A stretch of DNA of 64,000 bases, from NCBI GenBank assembly GCA_037146775.1, contig JBAWWL010000002.1, positions 134,554-198,553 on the forward strand, written 5' to 3'. The position numbers were made by a program, and so were the translations under genes. Positions 9,599-19,688 of this stretch are shown here, piece after piece. How positions within the stretch are numbered: position 1 is the stretch's first letter; the number at the start of each line of letters is the position of its first letter. The notes under the pieces were generated by a model. It saw nothing but the letters and a program-made list of their open reading frames with translations. It was not told the DNA's origin and ran no database searches. Source of the DNA: Candidatus Omnitrophota bacterium (GTDB lineage Bacteria; Omnitrophota; Gorgyraeia; Duberdicusellales; 4484-171).

Positions 9599-10477
9599 AT
9601 GGAAAAATCAAGGACGGACAATAACAAAGCTTTTTTCCCTTTGGGGATGAAGCGAGGACAGAAAATTTTGATATGGGGAATATTACTTTCCCTGCTGGCG
9701 TATTGTTATATCATTGTCAAGGTGGGTTTCAAGGATTTCATTAACCTTCCCGCTATTCCATTTGATAATTACGGCGGCAGATTTATCCCCCCATTGCTAG
9801 CTATTTATTTATATTTTGCTTATACGAGAGGATGGAAGAGCATGCTTATCGTGGTTATGTTTACTTATATCTATGTTGTTCTGGCGGAGGAATTAAGTAT
9901 TTATACGGGTTTTCCTTTTGGGAACTATTACTATACTATTGGACCAAAACTGGATAAAGTGCCGGTTATCTTGGGTTTAATCTGGTTCTATTACTTTGTG
10001 TTTCCGTGTTACTTTGTTTCCAAGCTTATTGTGGAAGGTAAACCGTTCGGGCTCACTAAGGGGACGGGGAAACTCATTTTTACCGCGTTTATTGGTGGCA
10101 TACTGGCAGCTGGAATTGATATGGTGATTGATCCGGTTTTAGCCACTAGATTTGGCGAGTGGGTGTGGACAAGTAATTCTCATACAGGCTACTATGGTAT
10201 ACCTTATATCAATTACCTGGGTTATGTGATCGTTCTGATTCCGGCGTATTTTCTTATTGGGCTTCTGGAGAGAAAACTTAATGCTAAACCCATGGGCCCG
10301 GTAAATTTATTTATTGGGGCGATACCATTATTTTTTTATTTCCAGCTATTCCTTTATTTCGCTTTCCGGGCGCCAAGAGGGGTTTTGCTGGTAGGCTGTT
10401 TTACCATGGGACTACCTTTATTGCTGGCAGCGGATAAGCTGATCAAATATTTTTCCGGTAAACCGCAAACGGACTAA
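9599..10477 (+). CDS. polytopic integral membrane protein, function unknown
   Basis: About 8 hydrophobic segments and rich in aromatic residues. No confident family assignment. Confidence 0.45.
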   Translation: MEKSRTDNNKAFFPLGMKRGQKILIWGILLSLLAYCYIIVKVGFKDFINLPAIPFDNYGGRFIPPLLAIYLYFAYTRGWKSMLIVVMFTYIYVVLAEELSIYTGFPFGNYYYTIGPKLDKVPVILGLIWFYYFVFPCYFVSKLIVEGKPFGLTKGTGKLIFTAFIGGILAAGIDMVIDPVLATRFGEWVWTSNSHTGYYGIPYINYLGYVIVLIPAYFLIGLLERKLNAKPMGPVNLFIGAIPLFFYFQLFLYFAFRAPRGVLLVGCFTMGLPLLLAADKLIKYFSGKPQTD

Positions 10478-10616
10478 TATAATAAATTAAATGGAAGAAG
10501 GCGCTGACGATAATTAGAACTGTTTTAGCAGTTAGCTGTTTAGCTCTCATCTATTCTTTGCCGATTTTGGCCGACAACACACAAGACTATATTAATCTGT
10601 GAAAGAGGAGGAATCC

Positions 10617-11432
10617 GTGCATAGAGAATTTTGTATATTGCTTTTAACTCTAGTTTTTTCCGGTTGCGCCACAACAACTACTTACTTAAATACTTCAAAG
10701 AATAGCGATGAAATCAGTAAGGATAGGGCAGCCTGTGAGGCTGAGGTGAATACCTCTGATTTTACAGACCCTGGCTTAAAGCAGAATAAATTCAACCAGT
10801 GTATGAAGGATAAGGGATATAATGTTGTTTCAGAGGCCCAGGCCGAGAAGATTCAGGGGTTCAAACAGCTTTGGGTAAAGCCGCAAGCAGAGTTTAAGGC
10901 GTACGAAGCGATTTTTATTGATAAGGTGGATGTAAGCCAGGCAAAAGCCAATAATAAGCAGAAGGTAACTGATCAGGACATAGATAATCTCGGCGAGCAG
11001 ATGCTACAGCGTTTTTCCAAAACTTTGAATGATGTGGTGTCGGTTATTTCGGATAAGGAACAAGCCGCGGGCAAAAAGATTCTTTATCTTAGCTTAAAAC
11101 TGAATAATATTTCTCAAACTGATGTGGGTGCGAATGTGGCGCTAAAGGCAGTAGGTTTTCTTTTGCCAGTACCTGCACCTTTACCTGGCGCACCGGAGGG
11201 AGCATTTTCTTTTGAAGGAACAATCATGGATTCCTCTGGCAGAGAAAAATTGATTACTGTCTCGGATGAAGTGAAATCGGATAAAAACTCTTCTCTTATG
11301 GGAGGGGATAAATTTTCACCCTGGCAGAGAGCGTATAATATTATGGATTACTGGGCAGATCGTTTAGCAGCGTTGCTCGCTAAAGAGCGCGGACAAGAAT
11401 ACAAATCCCGGTTGGGATTCAAACTATTTTAA
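10617..11432 (+). CDS. lipoprotein, function unknown
   Basis: RBS AAAGAGGAGG followed by GTG. Lipobox LLTLVFSGC|ATT. The ORF track starts 18 nt earlier at another GTG. Confidence 0.55.
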   Translation: MHREFCILLLTLVFSGCATTTTYLNTSKNSDEISKDRAACEAEVNTSDFTDPGLKQNKFNQCMKDKGYNVVSEAQAEKIQGFKQLWVKPQAEFKAYEAIFIDKVDVSQAKANNKQKVTDQDIDNLGEQMLQRFSKTLNDVVSVISDKEQAAGKKILYLSLKLNNISQTDVGANVALKAVGFLLPVPAPLPGAPEGAFSFEGTIMDSSGREKLITVSDEVKSDKNSSLMGGDKFSPWQRAYNIMDYWADRLAALLAKERGQEYKSRLGFKLF

Positions 11433-11497
11433 TCGATACGCAGACACTTTCGTCTCTTAGCCCGAAAGTGAATGCGAATCGATTATCCCGCCGGAGT

Positions 11498-11543
11498 CAT
11501 GGTAAATTTCATGCCCGCGGAGCGGGCAAGGAAATTTACCATG
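11498..11543. other. long near-perfect hairpin (13-bp outer stem plus nested 7-bp inner stem)
   Basis: catggtaaatttc / atgcccgc gg agcgggca / gaaatttaccatg. No downstream T-run. Confidence 0.6.
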
Positions 11544-11630
11544 TATATAGCGAAGGCGGGGTTATAAAGAAACCACGGACTTTAGCCCGTGGAGGTTCAT
11601 TCGTTTGTCGGTGGCTGGAGGTAGACGGTA

Positions 11631-12224
11631 ATGTTGTATGAAGTGCCGCCTGATAGAATTAATGAGATGGCTGATGTATCCGCAGAGGCATTCATCGAGA
11701 ACAACGATCCCATCGGAAACTTTATGTTCCAGAACGAGCCAAACCATTCCGTTCTAAAAAAGCGATTCTTCCGTTCACTGGTGACTTCCTGTTCCCCCAG
11801 GGCCGTAAGGCAGGGGATATCCCCTAACTTAGAGGCAGTTAGTATTTGGTTCCCACCCGGTATAGGACACGTAGAAGACGTAGATACTGATCCTTTCAAT
11901 GCGCAAGATTTCTCGAACCCTGAGACTTTTGAAAAGATGCGGGTGGTAAACGAGGTTATCGCCGCACTGACTGCGCATCTTGGCCAAGAGCCGCAGTGGT
12001 ACTTGCATCTGGTAGCTGTTCGGCCGCAGTTTAATGGCCAGGGGTATTCTTCGCGTTTGATCCGGCCGATGCTGGCCCGGGCTGAGAGCGAAGGTTTTCC
12101 CTGTACCCTGATAACCCAGAGCATAGAGAACGTCAGAAAATACGAACATTGGGGTTTTGGTGTGGTGAAGGAGATGCCTGTGCCCTGTTCACGGGAGAAG
12201 TTCTATTCTATGCGCAAGGCCTGA
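11631..12224 (+). CDS. GNAT-family N-acetyltransferase
   Basis: Acetyl-CoA binding motif region VRPQFNGQGYSSRLIRPMLARAESEGF and C-terminal ...YEHWGFGVV, typical of GNAT motifs A/B. Confidence 0.6.
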   Translation: MLYEVPPDRINEMADVSAEAFIENNDPIGNFMFQNEPNHSVLKKRFFRSLVTSCSPRAVRQGISPNLEAVSIWFPPGIGHVEDVDTDPFNAQDFSNPETFEKMRVVNEVIAALTAHLGQEPQWYLHLVAVRPQFNGQGYSSRLIRPMLARAESEGFPCTLITQSIENVRKYEHWGFGVVKEMPVPCSREKFYSMRKA

Positions 12225-12348
12225 AGCATCTTTGTTGCGCAGCTTTCTTAAAAGGTAGAATATTCTTGATGTAGCGAGGTGTTGAGTCTATAATTGACCC
12301 GTGTAAATAGCGATTCTATTATCAGTTCGTAGAAGAAGGGCTTGTGCT

Positions 12349-13803
12349 ATGGAAATGCGTAATCAAAAGAATACCGAAGAGAAATACCGTGAGCTGGTCG
12401 AAAACGCCAATAGTATAATTCTGCGCATGGATACGGCCGGTAAGGTCATCTTTCTTAATGAATTTGGCCAAAATTTCTTCGGCTACAAAGAAAAAGATAT
12501 CCTGGGTAAGAGCGTCATCGGCACAATAGTTCCTTCTACCGACATCTCGGGACAGAGCCTTGAGGCGATGGTCAAAGATATAATGGATAATCCTCAGAAG
12601 TATATCAATAATGAGAATGAGAACGTAACGCGTAACAGTGTCCACGTATGGGTATCCTGGACCAACAAACCGATCTTTGATGAAGGTGGCGTCCTCAAGG
12701 AAGTCCTGTGTATAGGCAATGATATTACGGCCCTTAAAAATACGCAGGCTGCTCTGGTCAAGGCGAAAGAATTAGCCGAGTCAGCAAGTATGTCCGGGAC
12801 GGTTATTTGCGAGCCGGACTGGAAGATAAGGCACATGAATGCAGCCGCAAAAAGGTATTTTGATATAGACGGTGATTTCGATAGGGCTGATGACTTTTTG
12901 TGCGTAATGTTAAAAAAATATGAGGCGTCTATCGCCAAAGACCAGATAATTGACCCTTTACTGCCTTACAAAACATTTGATCTTATCCGTCCGGAGACGG
13001 AAAATATCAAGGCGTTATATTTGCAGGTAAACATGGAAGTATTACGAAATCCCCAGCATGAAGTGTCAAGCATCGTTATGGTTATGCAGAATGTCACTGA
13101 TGCGCGGCTAGAAGAGTTGATGAAGCAGGATTTTATGGGCCTGGTATCCCATAAATTACGCACCCCGCTTTCCGCTATTCTCGGAAATGCCAGCATACTT
13201 CAACAAGAAAACAATGTCAGCCAACTTAACGATAAACAGAAAAGATTAATAGATTCTATCAGCCGCAATGCGTATTCGCTTTCGCATTTGATCGACAAGT
13301 TGCTTAAATTTACCGAGATGAATAAAGTAGGGCCGGATCAAAACAAAGAAGGGGTGGATCTCTGTGAATTCCTGCCATCCCTGGCTGCAGCTGTTATCAA
13401 TGAGGCCAAGGACAAAAAAATAGAATTTCAATTCGATTGCCTTAAGAAAGATTCCAAGATAAATATAAATAAGGAATCACTGGACATTATCATTACTAAT
13501 TTAATAGAAAATGCCGTCAAATTTAACGATAATCAGATTGTTAGGATAAACATTTCAGTGAAAGAATCCGGTGAATATCTTGAGATCTCAATTTTAGATA
13601 ACGGCGTCGGTATACCACCAGAAAACGTAGATAAAGTGCTGAACGGATTTTATCAGGTCGAAAAATATTTTACGGGCAACGTAGCCGGCGTGGGGTTAGG
13701 GCTTTTATTGGTGAAAAGATTTGTAAATGCCAATGGCGGCACGTTAGATTTGAAGTCGGAGATAGGCAAGGGCACCTCATTCATCATTAAACTTCCCCGG
13801 TAA
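12349..13803 (+). CDS. PAS-domain sensor histidine kinase (cytoplasmic, no cognate response regulator nearby)
   Basis: H-box SHKLRTPLSAILG. HATPase N/G boxes (NLIENAVKFN, DNGVGIPPE, GVGLGL). Two PAS-like segments at the N-terminus. Confidence 0.9.
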   Translation: MEMRNQKNTEEKYRELVENANSIILRMDTAGKVIFLNEFGQNFFGYKEKDILGKSVIGTIVPSTDISGQSLEAMVKDIMDNPQKYINNENENVTRNSVHVWVSWTNKPIFDEGGVLKEVLCIGNDITALKNTQAALVKAKELAESASMSGTVICEPDWKIRHMNAAAKRYFDIDGDFDRADDFLCVMLKKYEASIAKDQIIDPLLPYKTFDLIRPETENIKALYLQVNMEVLRNPQHEVSSIVMVMQNVTDARLEELMKQDFMGLVSHKLRTPLSAILGNASILQQENNVSQLNDKQKRLIDSISRNAYSLSHLIDKLLKFTEMNKVGPDQNKEGVDLCEFLPSLAAAVINEAKDKKIEFQFDCLKKDSKININKESLDIIITNLIENAVKFNDNQIVRINISVKESGEYLEISILDNGVGIPPENVDKVLNGFYQVEKYFTGNVAGVGLGLLLVKRFVNANGGTLDLKSEIGKGTSFIIKLPR

Positions 13804-13957
13804 ATACATTGTCTCGTTTTTTAAGAGATAATTTTTCTTGAGGTATATGAAAGGCCGTATAATTGGTAGATAGAAAATGTCAGGAGTTTATTCATAAGAG
13901 TGTGTAGCGATATTTACAGGCGGAGGATGGTATTGTCAGGATTAAAAGGAGCGTTGA

Positions 13958-14596
13958 ATGACGGATAAAAATTTAGCATCCACATGGCAGAAGTTCAAGA
14001 ATAATTTTCCCTGGAAAGATATGTTTTTTGGTTTTTTAATCCCGAAGGTATTTTTTCTTTATGGCGCGCATCGCGGTATGCCTTTTCTCTGGGGGGCGAT
14101 AGCTATAGTTTGGTGCGTTGGGGTATTTTATCTGAACCAGATGAGGGCCCATAAGGTGAATTTCTTCGCTATCTTTGCCGTAATTATGATTATGGCGCGC
14201 ATAGTCGTGGTACTCGCGCAAAAAGACCCCAAGATGTATCTATACGTGTTGGCGCTGGATAATCTAGTTGTGGGGGGCATTTTCCTGACATCACTTTTGT
14301 TTAAGAGTTCACTAATGCAGATGTTTGCTGATTCTATGGATACGCAAGTATCGCAGGAGATCTTACACTCAGTGTATTATGGAAAAGCCTGGAGAATAGT
14401 TACTTTCATCTGGGCAATAGCTCACATATTGTTTGCAATAGCGCTGGTATTGTTGAAAGCCTGTAATCTAAAAATTGTAGGCCTCATTGATATGCTCGCA
14501 AATTGGCCGCTGATGATTGTTCTATTTCTTTTTACCCTTAAATTTCCCGCGTGGTATTGGAAAAAGAATTACGCCAAGATTAAGGCAGGGAAATAA
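13958..14596 (+). CDS. integral membrane protein, unknown function
   Basis: 4-5 TM helices. No motif recognised. Confidence 0.45.
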   Translation: MTDKNLASTWQKFKNNFPWKDMFFGFLIPKVFFLYGAHRGMPFLWGAIAIVWCVGVFYLNQMRAHKVNFFAIFAVIMIMARIVVVLAQKDPKMYLYVLALDNLVVGGIFLTSLLFKSSLMQMFADSMDTQVSQEILHSVYYGKAWRIVTFIWAIAHILFAIALVLLKACNLKIVGLIDMLANWPLMIVLFLFTLKFPAWYWKKNYAKIKAGK

Positions 14597-14728
14597 AATA
14601 TCCTGCGCTTTTAGATATTGCGCGGGCGAAATATGACGGGGTCAGGCCTTGAATGTTGAATCTAATTGGCACAGGGGAAGAAAAACATTATTTGTATGAT
14701 AAAGAAGTAACCAGTAAGAGGAGACGAT

Positions 14729-15481
14729 ATGATGAAGAAGTTATCGATTGTTTTTTTGGTTGTAGTAGCTGTGGTTTTTGTGGTGTTTCTTGCCAAAGAT
14801 ATCATAATCAAAGCTTCGGTTGAAAAAGTTGTGGAGACTGTTACGGGCCTTAAGCTTAATATCGGAAGCCTTCATGCCAGCATCTTTAAGTCCGTAGCCG
14901 ATATTAAAAACATCCAATTGTTTAATCCTTCCGGTTTCCCCGACAGAATCATGGTTGACATGCCTGAGATTTATGTGAGCTATGATCTTCCTGCCATTAT
15001 AAAGGGTAAGATACATCTTCGAGAAGTCCGCCTATCGCTTAAAGAGTTTGTCGTCATCAAGAATGCTCAAGGGAAGTCGAATCTCGATGTGTTCAAGCAG
15101 CCCGCGCAGGCGCAGAAAGAAGATGAATCAAAATCTCAAAAAACACCAGGCAAAGCCCCGGAGATAAAAATAGACACATTAACGCTGAATATAGCAAAGG
15201 TCATTTATAAAGATTATTCAAAAGGAAGCGTGCCGATTGTAAAAGAGTTTAACATCAATCTTAAGGAAAGTTACAGCAATATCGATAGTCCGCAAACTTT
15301 AATAAATCTGATTGTTGTAAAAGCGCTTATGAATACGTCGATAGCCTCTCTCGCGAATTTTGATCTTAAAGGGTTACAGGGCATGATAGGCGGAGTTCGC
15401 CCTGATGCGCAAAAGACCGGCACCCAGGCCATGGATAAGGTAAAAGGATTGCTTAAGAATATTTTTGGCTCCGGTAAATAG
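14729..15481 (+). CDS. membrane-anchored hypothetical protein
   Basis: Single N-terminal TM (LSIVFLVVVAVVFVVFLA) followed by a soluble domain. Confidence 0.45.
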   Translation: MMKKLSIVFLVVVAVVFVVFLAKDIIIKASVEKVVETVTGLKLNIGSLHASIFKSVADIKNIQLFNPSGFPDRIMVDMPEIYVSYDLPAIIKGKIHLREVRLSLKEFVVIKNAQGKSNLDVFKQPAQAQKEDESKSQKTPGKAPEIKIDTLTLNIAKVIYKDYSKGSVPIVKEFNINLKESYSNIDSPQTLINLIVVKALMNTSIASLANFDLKGLQGMIGGVRPDAQKTGTQAMDKVKGLLKNIFGSGK

Positions 15482-15543
15482 TTATTCATCGGCAATGGTA
15501 AAGAGGAGGAAGGTGTAAGGAAATTGCCTGTTTGGCTTACCCT

Positions 15544-15689
15544 TGTTTTGGCTATATTTATTATTGTTACAATATATGTCATCATTATTCAGTAAAATTA
15601 GCTGCCAGTCTAAAACAACCAGCCGATTTTTAGGGGAAAAAAGAATCGAATGTCGCTATTTTTACCAGTCCAGTAATCCGCCAGAAAAT
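15544..15689. repeat. intergenic repeat element copy A (about 145 bp)
   Basis: About 95% identical to 19779-20015 once the 90-bp insertion in copy B is removed. Confidence 0.85.
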
Positions 15690-15826
15690 CTCTTTCTAAA
15701 CCAAAAACGTTATTGATATATTAAGCGATTATATCTATAATTAAACCATACAGATAAGAGAAGGTTATTCTTTAGTTTGTAGTGGAGCCGCAATAAGTTA
15801 TTTCTTTACGGCGAAGGATCATTTTT

Positions 15827-16042
15827 ATGAATAATGAAGAACTTTTAGATAAATTAAACCGGGCGTATGTAATGGAAGAGGAAATGGCGAGCATGCTTAT
15901 CGATCTTTGTCGTCCTAAACATTTACCCGATGATTTGCCTAAAGAGGCGCGTAAACGCATAGAGGATGTCCTTATTAGCATTAAAGTGGATACATTACGC
16001 CACAAGAAAATAGTATCAAAAATGAGAGGAACTTTAGTATGA
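15827..16042 (+). CDS. small helical protein, possible half of a split ferritin-like four-helix bundle
   Basis: 71 aa with no TM. E-rich helices (YVMEEEMASML; RKRIEDVLISIKVDTLRHKK). ATGA overlap with the next ORF. Confidence 0.4.
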   Translation: MNNEELLDKLNRAYVMEEEMASMLIDLCRPKHLPDDLPKEARKRIEDVLISIKVDTLRHKKIVSKMRGTLV

Positions 16043-16236
16043 CTATGGAACGAAAAACTCTAGTAGCAAGATTGCGGCAGATTCAGGCAGCAGATCGAAA
16101 TGCTCTTGCCATATATACAGAATTATCCAGATCAATCAAAGACGATATTCAGCGTAAAATTTTTTTTGAGATAGCTGAAGATGAAAAGCGTCATGTGGCT
16201 TTAGGCAAGGAGATGTTATCTTTGCTAGAGGGGTAA
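16039..16236 (+). CDS. small helical protein with ferritin/rubrerythrin-like E..H motif
   Basis: AIYTELSRSI ... FFEIAEDEKRHVALGKEML resembles an E and ExxH helix pair of ferritin-like diiron proteins. Translationally coupled to its neighbours. Confidence 0.4.
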   Translation: MTMERKTLVARLRQIQAADRNALAIYTELSRSIKDDIQRKIFFEIAEDEKRHVALGKEMLSLLEG

Positions 16237-16239
16237 AGG

Positions 16240-17580
16240 TTGGATAAGAAAAAACGGTCGATAGAATGGAGCAAGATTTTTGAGATCTTGCTTATTTTTT
16301 TGTTAATACCGACAATTATTTTTTATATCATAGGTTTACGCTGGCCGGCTTTCTTGAATTACGCCTATTATTTTCTGGTATGGTTATTCATATCTCAGGC
16401 CGGATTGTCGTATATGTATTCGATTACTGCTTTTGGCAGAAGCAAATTCAGAGAATTATCCACCGCGAAGCATATTCCCTTGCCAAAAAGCACTTTTATC
16501 GTTAGCGCGTATCTTCCAAACGAGCTTGAGGTCATCGAGGATACACTTTTAAATATTTTAGAGCGCATCCAGCGGCCAGAAGCTGGGATCGAGCTGATCC
16601 TTGCCTATAATACCCCGCACATGGAAGGGATAGAGCCGCGTTTACGTGAGCTTGCCTATAAGTGGCCGGAACTCATACTGGCAAATGCTTACGGTTCAAG
16701 AAGTAAAAGTGAGAATTTAAATTATGCCCTTGAGATCGCAAGTGGAGAGATGATCGTATTGCTTGATGCAGATCATCTGGTAGCCGCTGATTGCTTGAAG
16801 CTTGCCTGGCGCTGGCTGGATGAAGGTTATAATGTGGTACAGGGCAGGTGTAAAATTCGTAATGGCAAGAGAAGTCTGGTATCCGCGTTGGTTGAGGTTG
16901 AATTTGAGGCTATTTATGGTATTAGCCATTATGCCAAGTCAAAGTTATTTGATTCTACACTTTTTGGCGGAACAAACGGTTATTGGCGCAGTTCGGTTAT
17001 TAAAAAAATAAAGTTTGACCCTGGCAGGCTCACCGAAGACATTGATGCGACCTTGCGTGCTATATTACAGGGAAACCATATTGTTCATGACCGTACCATT
17101 ATTTCTACGGAGCTGGCTCCTGAGACTATGGCTGGCCTCTGGTTTCAGAGGAAGCGCTGGTCTCAAGGTTGGTTTCAGTGTTCGCTGAAATATCAGATGA
17201 GTATTTTAAGGTGTAAATTCCTTAATATTCTCCAAAAGTTCATGTGGACCACACTTTTGATGTGGCGTGTAGTCTATGATATTTTAAGCCACCTTCTTTT
17301 TCCTGTAGTATTTGCGTTCTGGTTGACAAGGGGTAAAATAGAATTTCCGATGAATAACTTTATTTGGTTTGCTTTATTCTTTGTGATGCTTAGCGGCCCA
17401 TTTGAAGCTTTGGTTGCGTATAAAAATGCATCTTCTCCCAGAGCGCCCGTCTGGCAGTATATTTACTACGCATTTTTTGCTTTCTGGTACACCTTATTCA
17501 AGAACACCATACAGGTGGTTGCTATCAGGGATGAACTCCTGGGCAAGCGCGAGTGGGTAGTTTCGCAGAGAAAAAAATGA
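16240..17580 (+). CDS. processive family-2 glycosyltransferase (PgaC/IcaA/BcsA-like polysaccharide synthase)
   Basis: DAD and TED motifs plus QRKRW (QxxRW) between N- and C-terminal TM clusters. Similar size to PgaC. Confidence 0.8.
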   Translation: MDKKKRSIEWSKIFEILLIFLLIPTIIFYIIGLRWPAFLNYAYYFLVWLFISQAGLSYMYSITAFGRSKFRELSTAKHIPLPKSTFIVSAYLPNELEVIEDTLLNILERIQRPEAGIELILAYNTPHMEGIEPRLRELAYKWPELILANAYGSRSKSENLNYALEIASGEMIVLLDADHLVAADCLKLAWRWLDEGYNVVQGRCKIRNGKRSLVSALVEVEFEAIYGISHYAKSKLFDSTLFGGTNGYWRSSVIKKIKFDPGRLTEDIDATLRAILQGNHIVHDRTIISTELAPETMAGLWFQRKRWSQGWFQCSLKYQMSILRCKFLNILQKFMWTTLLMWRVVYDILSHLLFPVVFAFWLTRGKIEFPMNNFIWFALFFVMLSGPFEALVAYKNASSPRAPVWQYIYYAFFAFWYTLFKNTIQVVAIRDELLGKREWVVSQRKK

Positions 17581-19364
17581 TGCATAGAAGCAAACAATTT
17601 ATTTTTGTATTTTTTATTAGCTTATTTTTTGTAGCCAGCGTGTTTGGCGAAGATGATTTTAATAATGAATTAAGCAAAGCGCGGTCTCTTGTAGAGCAAA
17701 AATCGTATAGCGAGGCGCTTAAAATATACTCAAGCATCAGTGAAGGGTTGCGTAAAGATCCAGGGCTTATAATAGAGTGGGCGCGTGTTCATACTTATGC
17801 CGACAACCACGAGGAAGCAATAAAACTTTTTGAAGAGGTGCGTTCGGCTCATCCAGAGCGTTCCCCTGAGGTACTAAGAGAGCTGGCGGATCAGTATAAG
17901 TGGAGCAGTAAAACATCGCAGGCAATAAAAGTATACAAAGAAGCCCTTGCTTTGAATGCTGAAAATTTGCAGGTGTATTTAGGGTTGGCCGAAGCGCATT
18001 TCTGGAACGACCAAAGAAATGAAGCCCTGCAAATATATGACGAAGCGCTTAAGCGCTGGCCGGACAATACGGATGCACTTCTTGGCAAGGCTAATATCTT
18101 GAGCTTTCAGGATAAGCTTGAGGAGTCTTATGCGTTATACCAGAAGGTTCTGGATAAAGATCCCGGTAATTTAAATGCGTTGAATTCTCAAGCCAGGATT
18201 TTAGTCTGGCAGGGGTATCATCGAAAAGGCATCAGCCGCTACGAAAAAATATTACAACGTTATCCCAAGAATCCGGATGCCATAGAGGGCATGGCTTTTG
18301 CCTTACATTGGTTAGGTGACGACACGAATGCGGTTAGACGGATAGAAGAGCTTCTTGAGTTTGAACCTAACCGCAAAGAGGCGCAGGATCTATATTCCCA
18401 GATTAAAGATTCGCAACATCTTTTTGCCAGGCCATACAGCCGTTTCATGCGCGACTCTACGCCTCAGACAGTTGCTACCGGAGGATTGCGTTCAGGGTTA
18501 CGTTTGAATCGTTCTACTTCCATTGATGGAATATATGAGCATCAGGTCTTACGTAAAAAAGGCGCGCATGAACCGACCCTGTCCGCTAATCGCGAGGGAA
18601 TAGGTTTAAGTAAGAATTTCGGAAATACCTACGAATTCAATACGTTTTTGTACGCCGCGCATTTTAATAAGATTGATTTTAATCCCTTTACTACCAATAC
18701 CTGGCTCACTTACAAACCCGATGACTACTGGCGTTTCGATCTTGCCTACGATCGGGAAACATTTGAAGACAACGACGCACTTTTTTATAAAGTTATTACC
18801 AATAGCCCGTCATTGTCCATAGATTTCAAGCTAAATCGTTTCTGGTTTTTTAATGTAAAATATAAACGAAGCTATTTCAGCGATGATAACCGGCAGAATC
18901 AGATTTTTAGCAGAATTGAATACCGCTTTTCGCAAAAGCCCTACATCAAGCTTTATTATAACTACTATGATTCTACTTGGGGAGAGCCGGAAATAAGTCA
19001 CGGTTACTTTGATCCCCGGTCTCTTCGTTCGCACGCTTTAGGTGTTTATACGGGTATAGATTTTACCAAAAAGTTATTTCTTGAAGCCAAGACCTCCGGG
19101 GGTTATGAATTCCAGCGTAAGCCCGACAATGCGCATAAGAAATCAGATCATCCTACCTATTCTGCCGCGGCCAGCCTTAATTATCGCTTAACCGATAATT
19201 GGCTGCTTTCTGCTTCCGGAGACTTTTTTACTACCTGGCCGGATCATGGCCAGCGTTCCTACCAGAAAAGAGGTGCTTACTTAAGTGTTACCTATAACTT
19301 TGGTGCTAACCCTGCCACATTGCGTGATGCAACCAGGCCATCCCGCACTACCGGGGCTAATTAG
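17577..19364 (+). CDS. TPR-repeat plus C-terminal beta-barrel outer-membrane exopolysaccharide export protein (PgaA/BcsC-like)
   Basis: Signal peptide. About 7 TPR units (EALKIY, EALQIYDEALKRWPDN, ...). Y/N/F-rich amphipathic C-terminal 300 aa typical of a porin barrel. ATGA overlap with the GT2 stop. Confidence 0.65.
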   Translation: MMHRSKQFIFVFFISLFFVASVFGEDDFNNELSKARSLVEQKSYSEALKIYSSISEGLRKDPGLIIEWARVHTYADNHEEAIKLFEEVRSAHPERSPEVLRELADQYKWSSKTSQAIKVYKEALALNAENLQVYLGLAEAHFWNDQRNEALQIYDEALKRWPDNTDALLGKANILSFQDKLEESYALYQKVLDKDPGNLNALNSQARILVWQGYHRKGISRYEKILQRYPKNPDAIEGMAFALHWLGDDTNAVRRIEELLEFEPNRKEAQDLYSQIKDSQHLFARPYSRFMRDSTPQTVATGGLRSGLRLNRSTSIDGIYEHQVLRKKGAHEPTLSANREGIGLSKNFGNTYEFNTFLYAAHFNKIDFNPFTTNTWLTYKPDDYWRFDLAYDRETFEDNDALFYKVITNSPSLSIDFKLNRFWFFNVKYKRSYFSDDNRQNQIFSRIEYRFSQKPYIKLYYNYYDSTWGEPEISHGYFDPRSLRSHALGVYTGIDFTKKLFLEAKTSGGYEFQRKPDNAHKKSDHPTYSAAASLNYRLTDNWLLSASGDFFTTWPDHGQRSYQKRGAYLSVTYNFGANPATLRDATRPSRTTGAN

Positions 19365-19413
19365 AATTTTTAGCTTTTATGGCGCAATAGCTTACCACGG
19401 GATCTCTTTCTAA

Positions 19414-19448
19414 GCCCAAAATATTCTTGATATGCAAAAGTACTAAGG
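19414..19448 (+). promoter_or_regulatory. consensus-like promoter TTGATA-17-TATAAT
   Basis: cccaaaatattcTTGATAtgcaaaagtactaaggcTATAATtga. The same box recurs at 12262, 15709 and 23804. Confidence 0.55.
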
Positions 19449-19454
19449 CTATAA

Positions 19455-19688
19455 TTGATTTCCATATATGGATATTATATTTGCAAATATAACGGGGCCA
19501 GTCTGACCCCTGTTATGGTGCACTTAATCAAAAGACATACTAACCTTACCAATAATCAGATTGGCAAAATGTTTTCCATGACCTATTCGGCGGTAAGTAA
19601 ATCCGCTAAAGATATCAAGATGCTTCTCGGTAAAGATAAACAGATTAGGATGGAAGTGGAGGAGTTAATTTCAACATTCAAGGCCTGA
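19455..19688 (+). CDS. small HTH-containing protein (possible gene fragment)
   Basis: LTNNQIGKMFSMTYSAVSKSAKD looks like a helix-turn-helix. The 3' end lies inside a nested direct-repeat array. Confidence 0.35.
   Translation: MISIYGYYICKYNGASLTPVMVHLIKRHTNLTNNQIGKMFSMTYSAVSKSAKDIKMLLGKDKQIRMEVEELISTFKA

Noticed and set aside
11597-12149. Minus-strand ORFs of 175 and 106 aa overlapping the GNAT gene
   Set aside because: They sit fully antisense to a + strand gene with motif support and have low-complexity composition. Treated as shadow ORFs, as were 26636-27118, 56722-57399, 32346-32726 and others.
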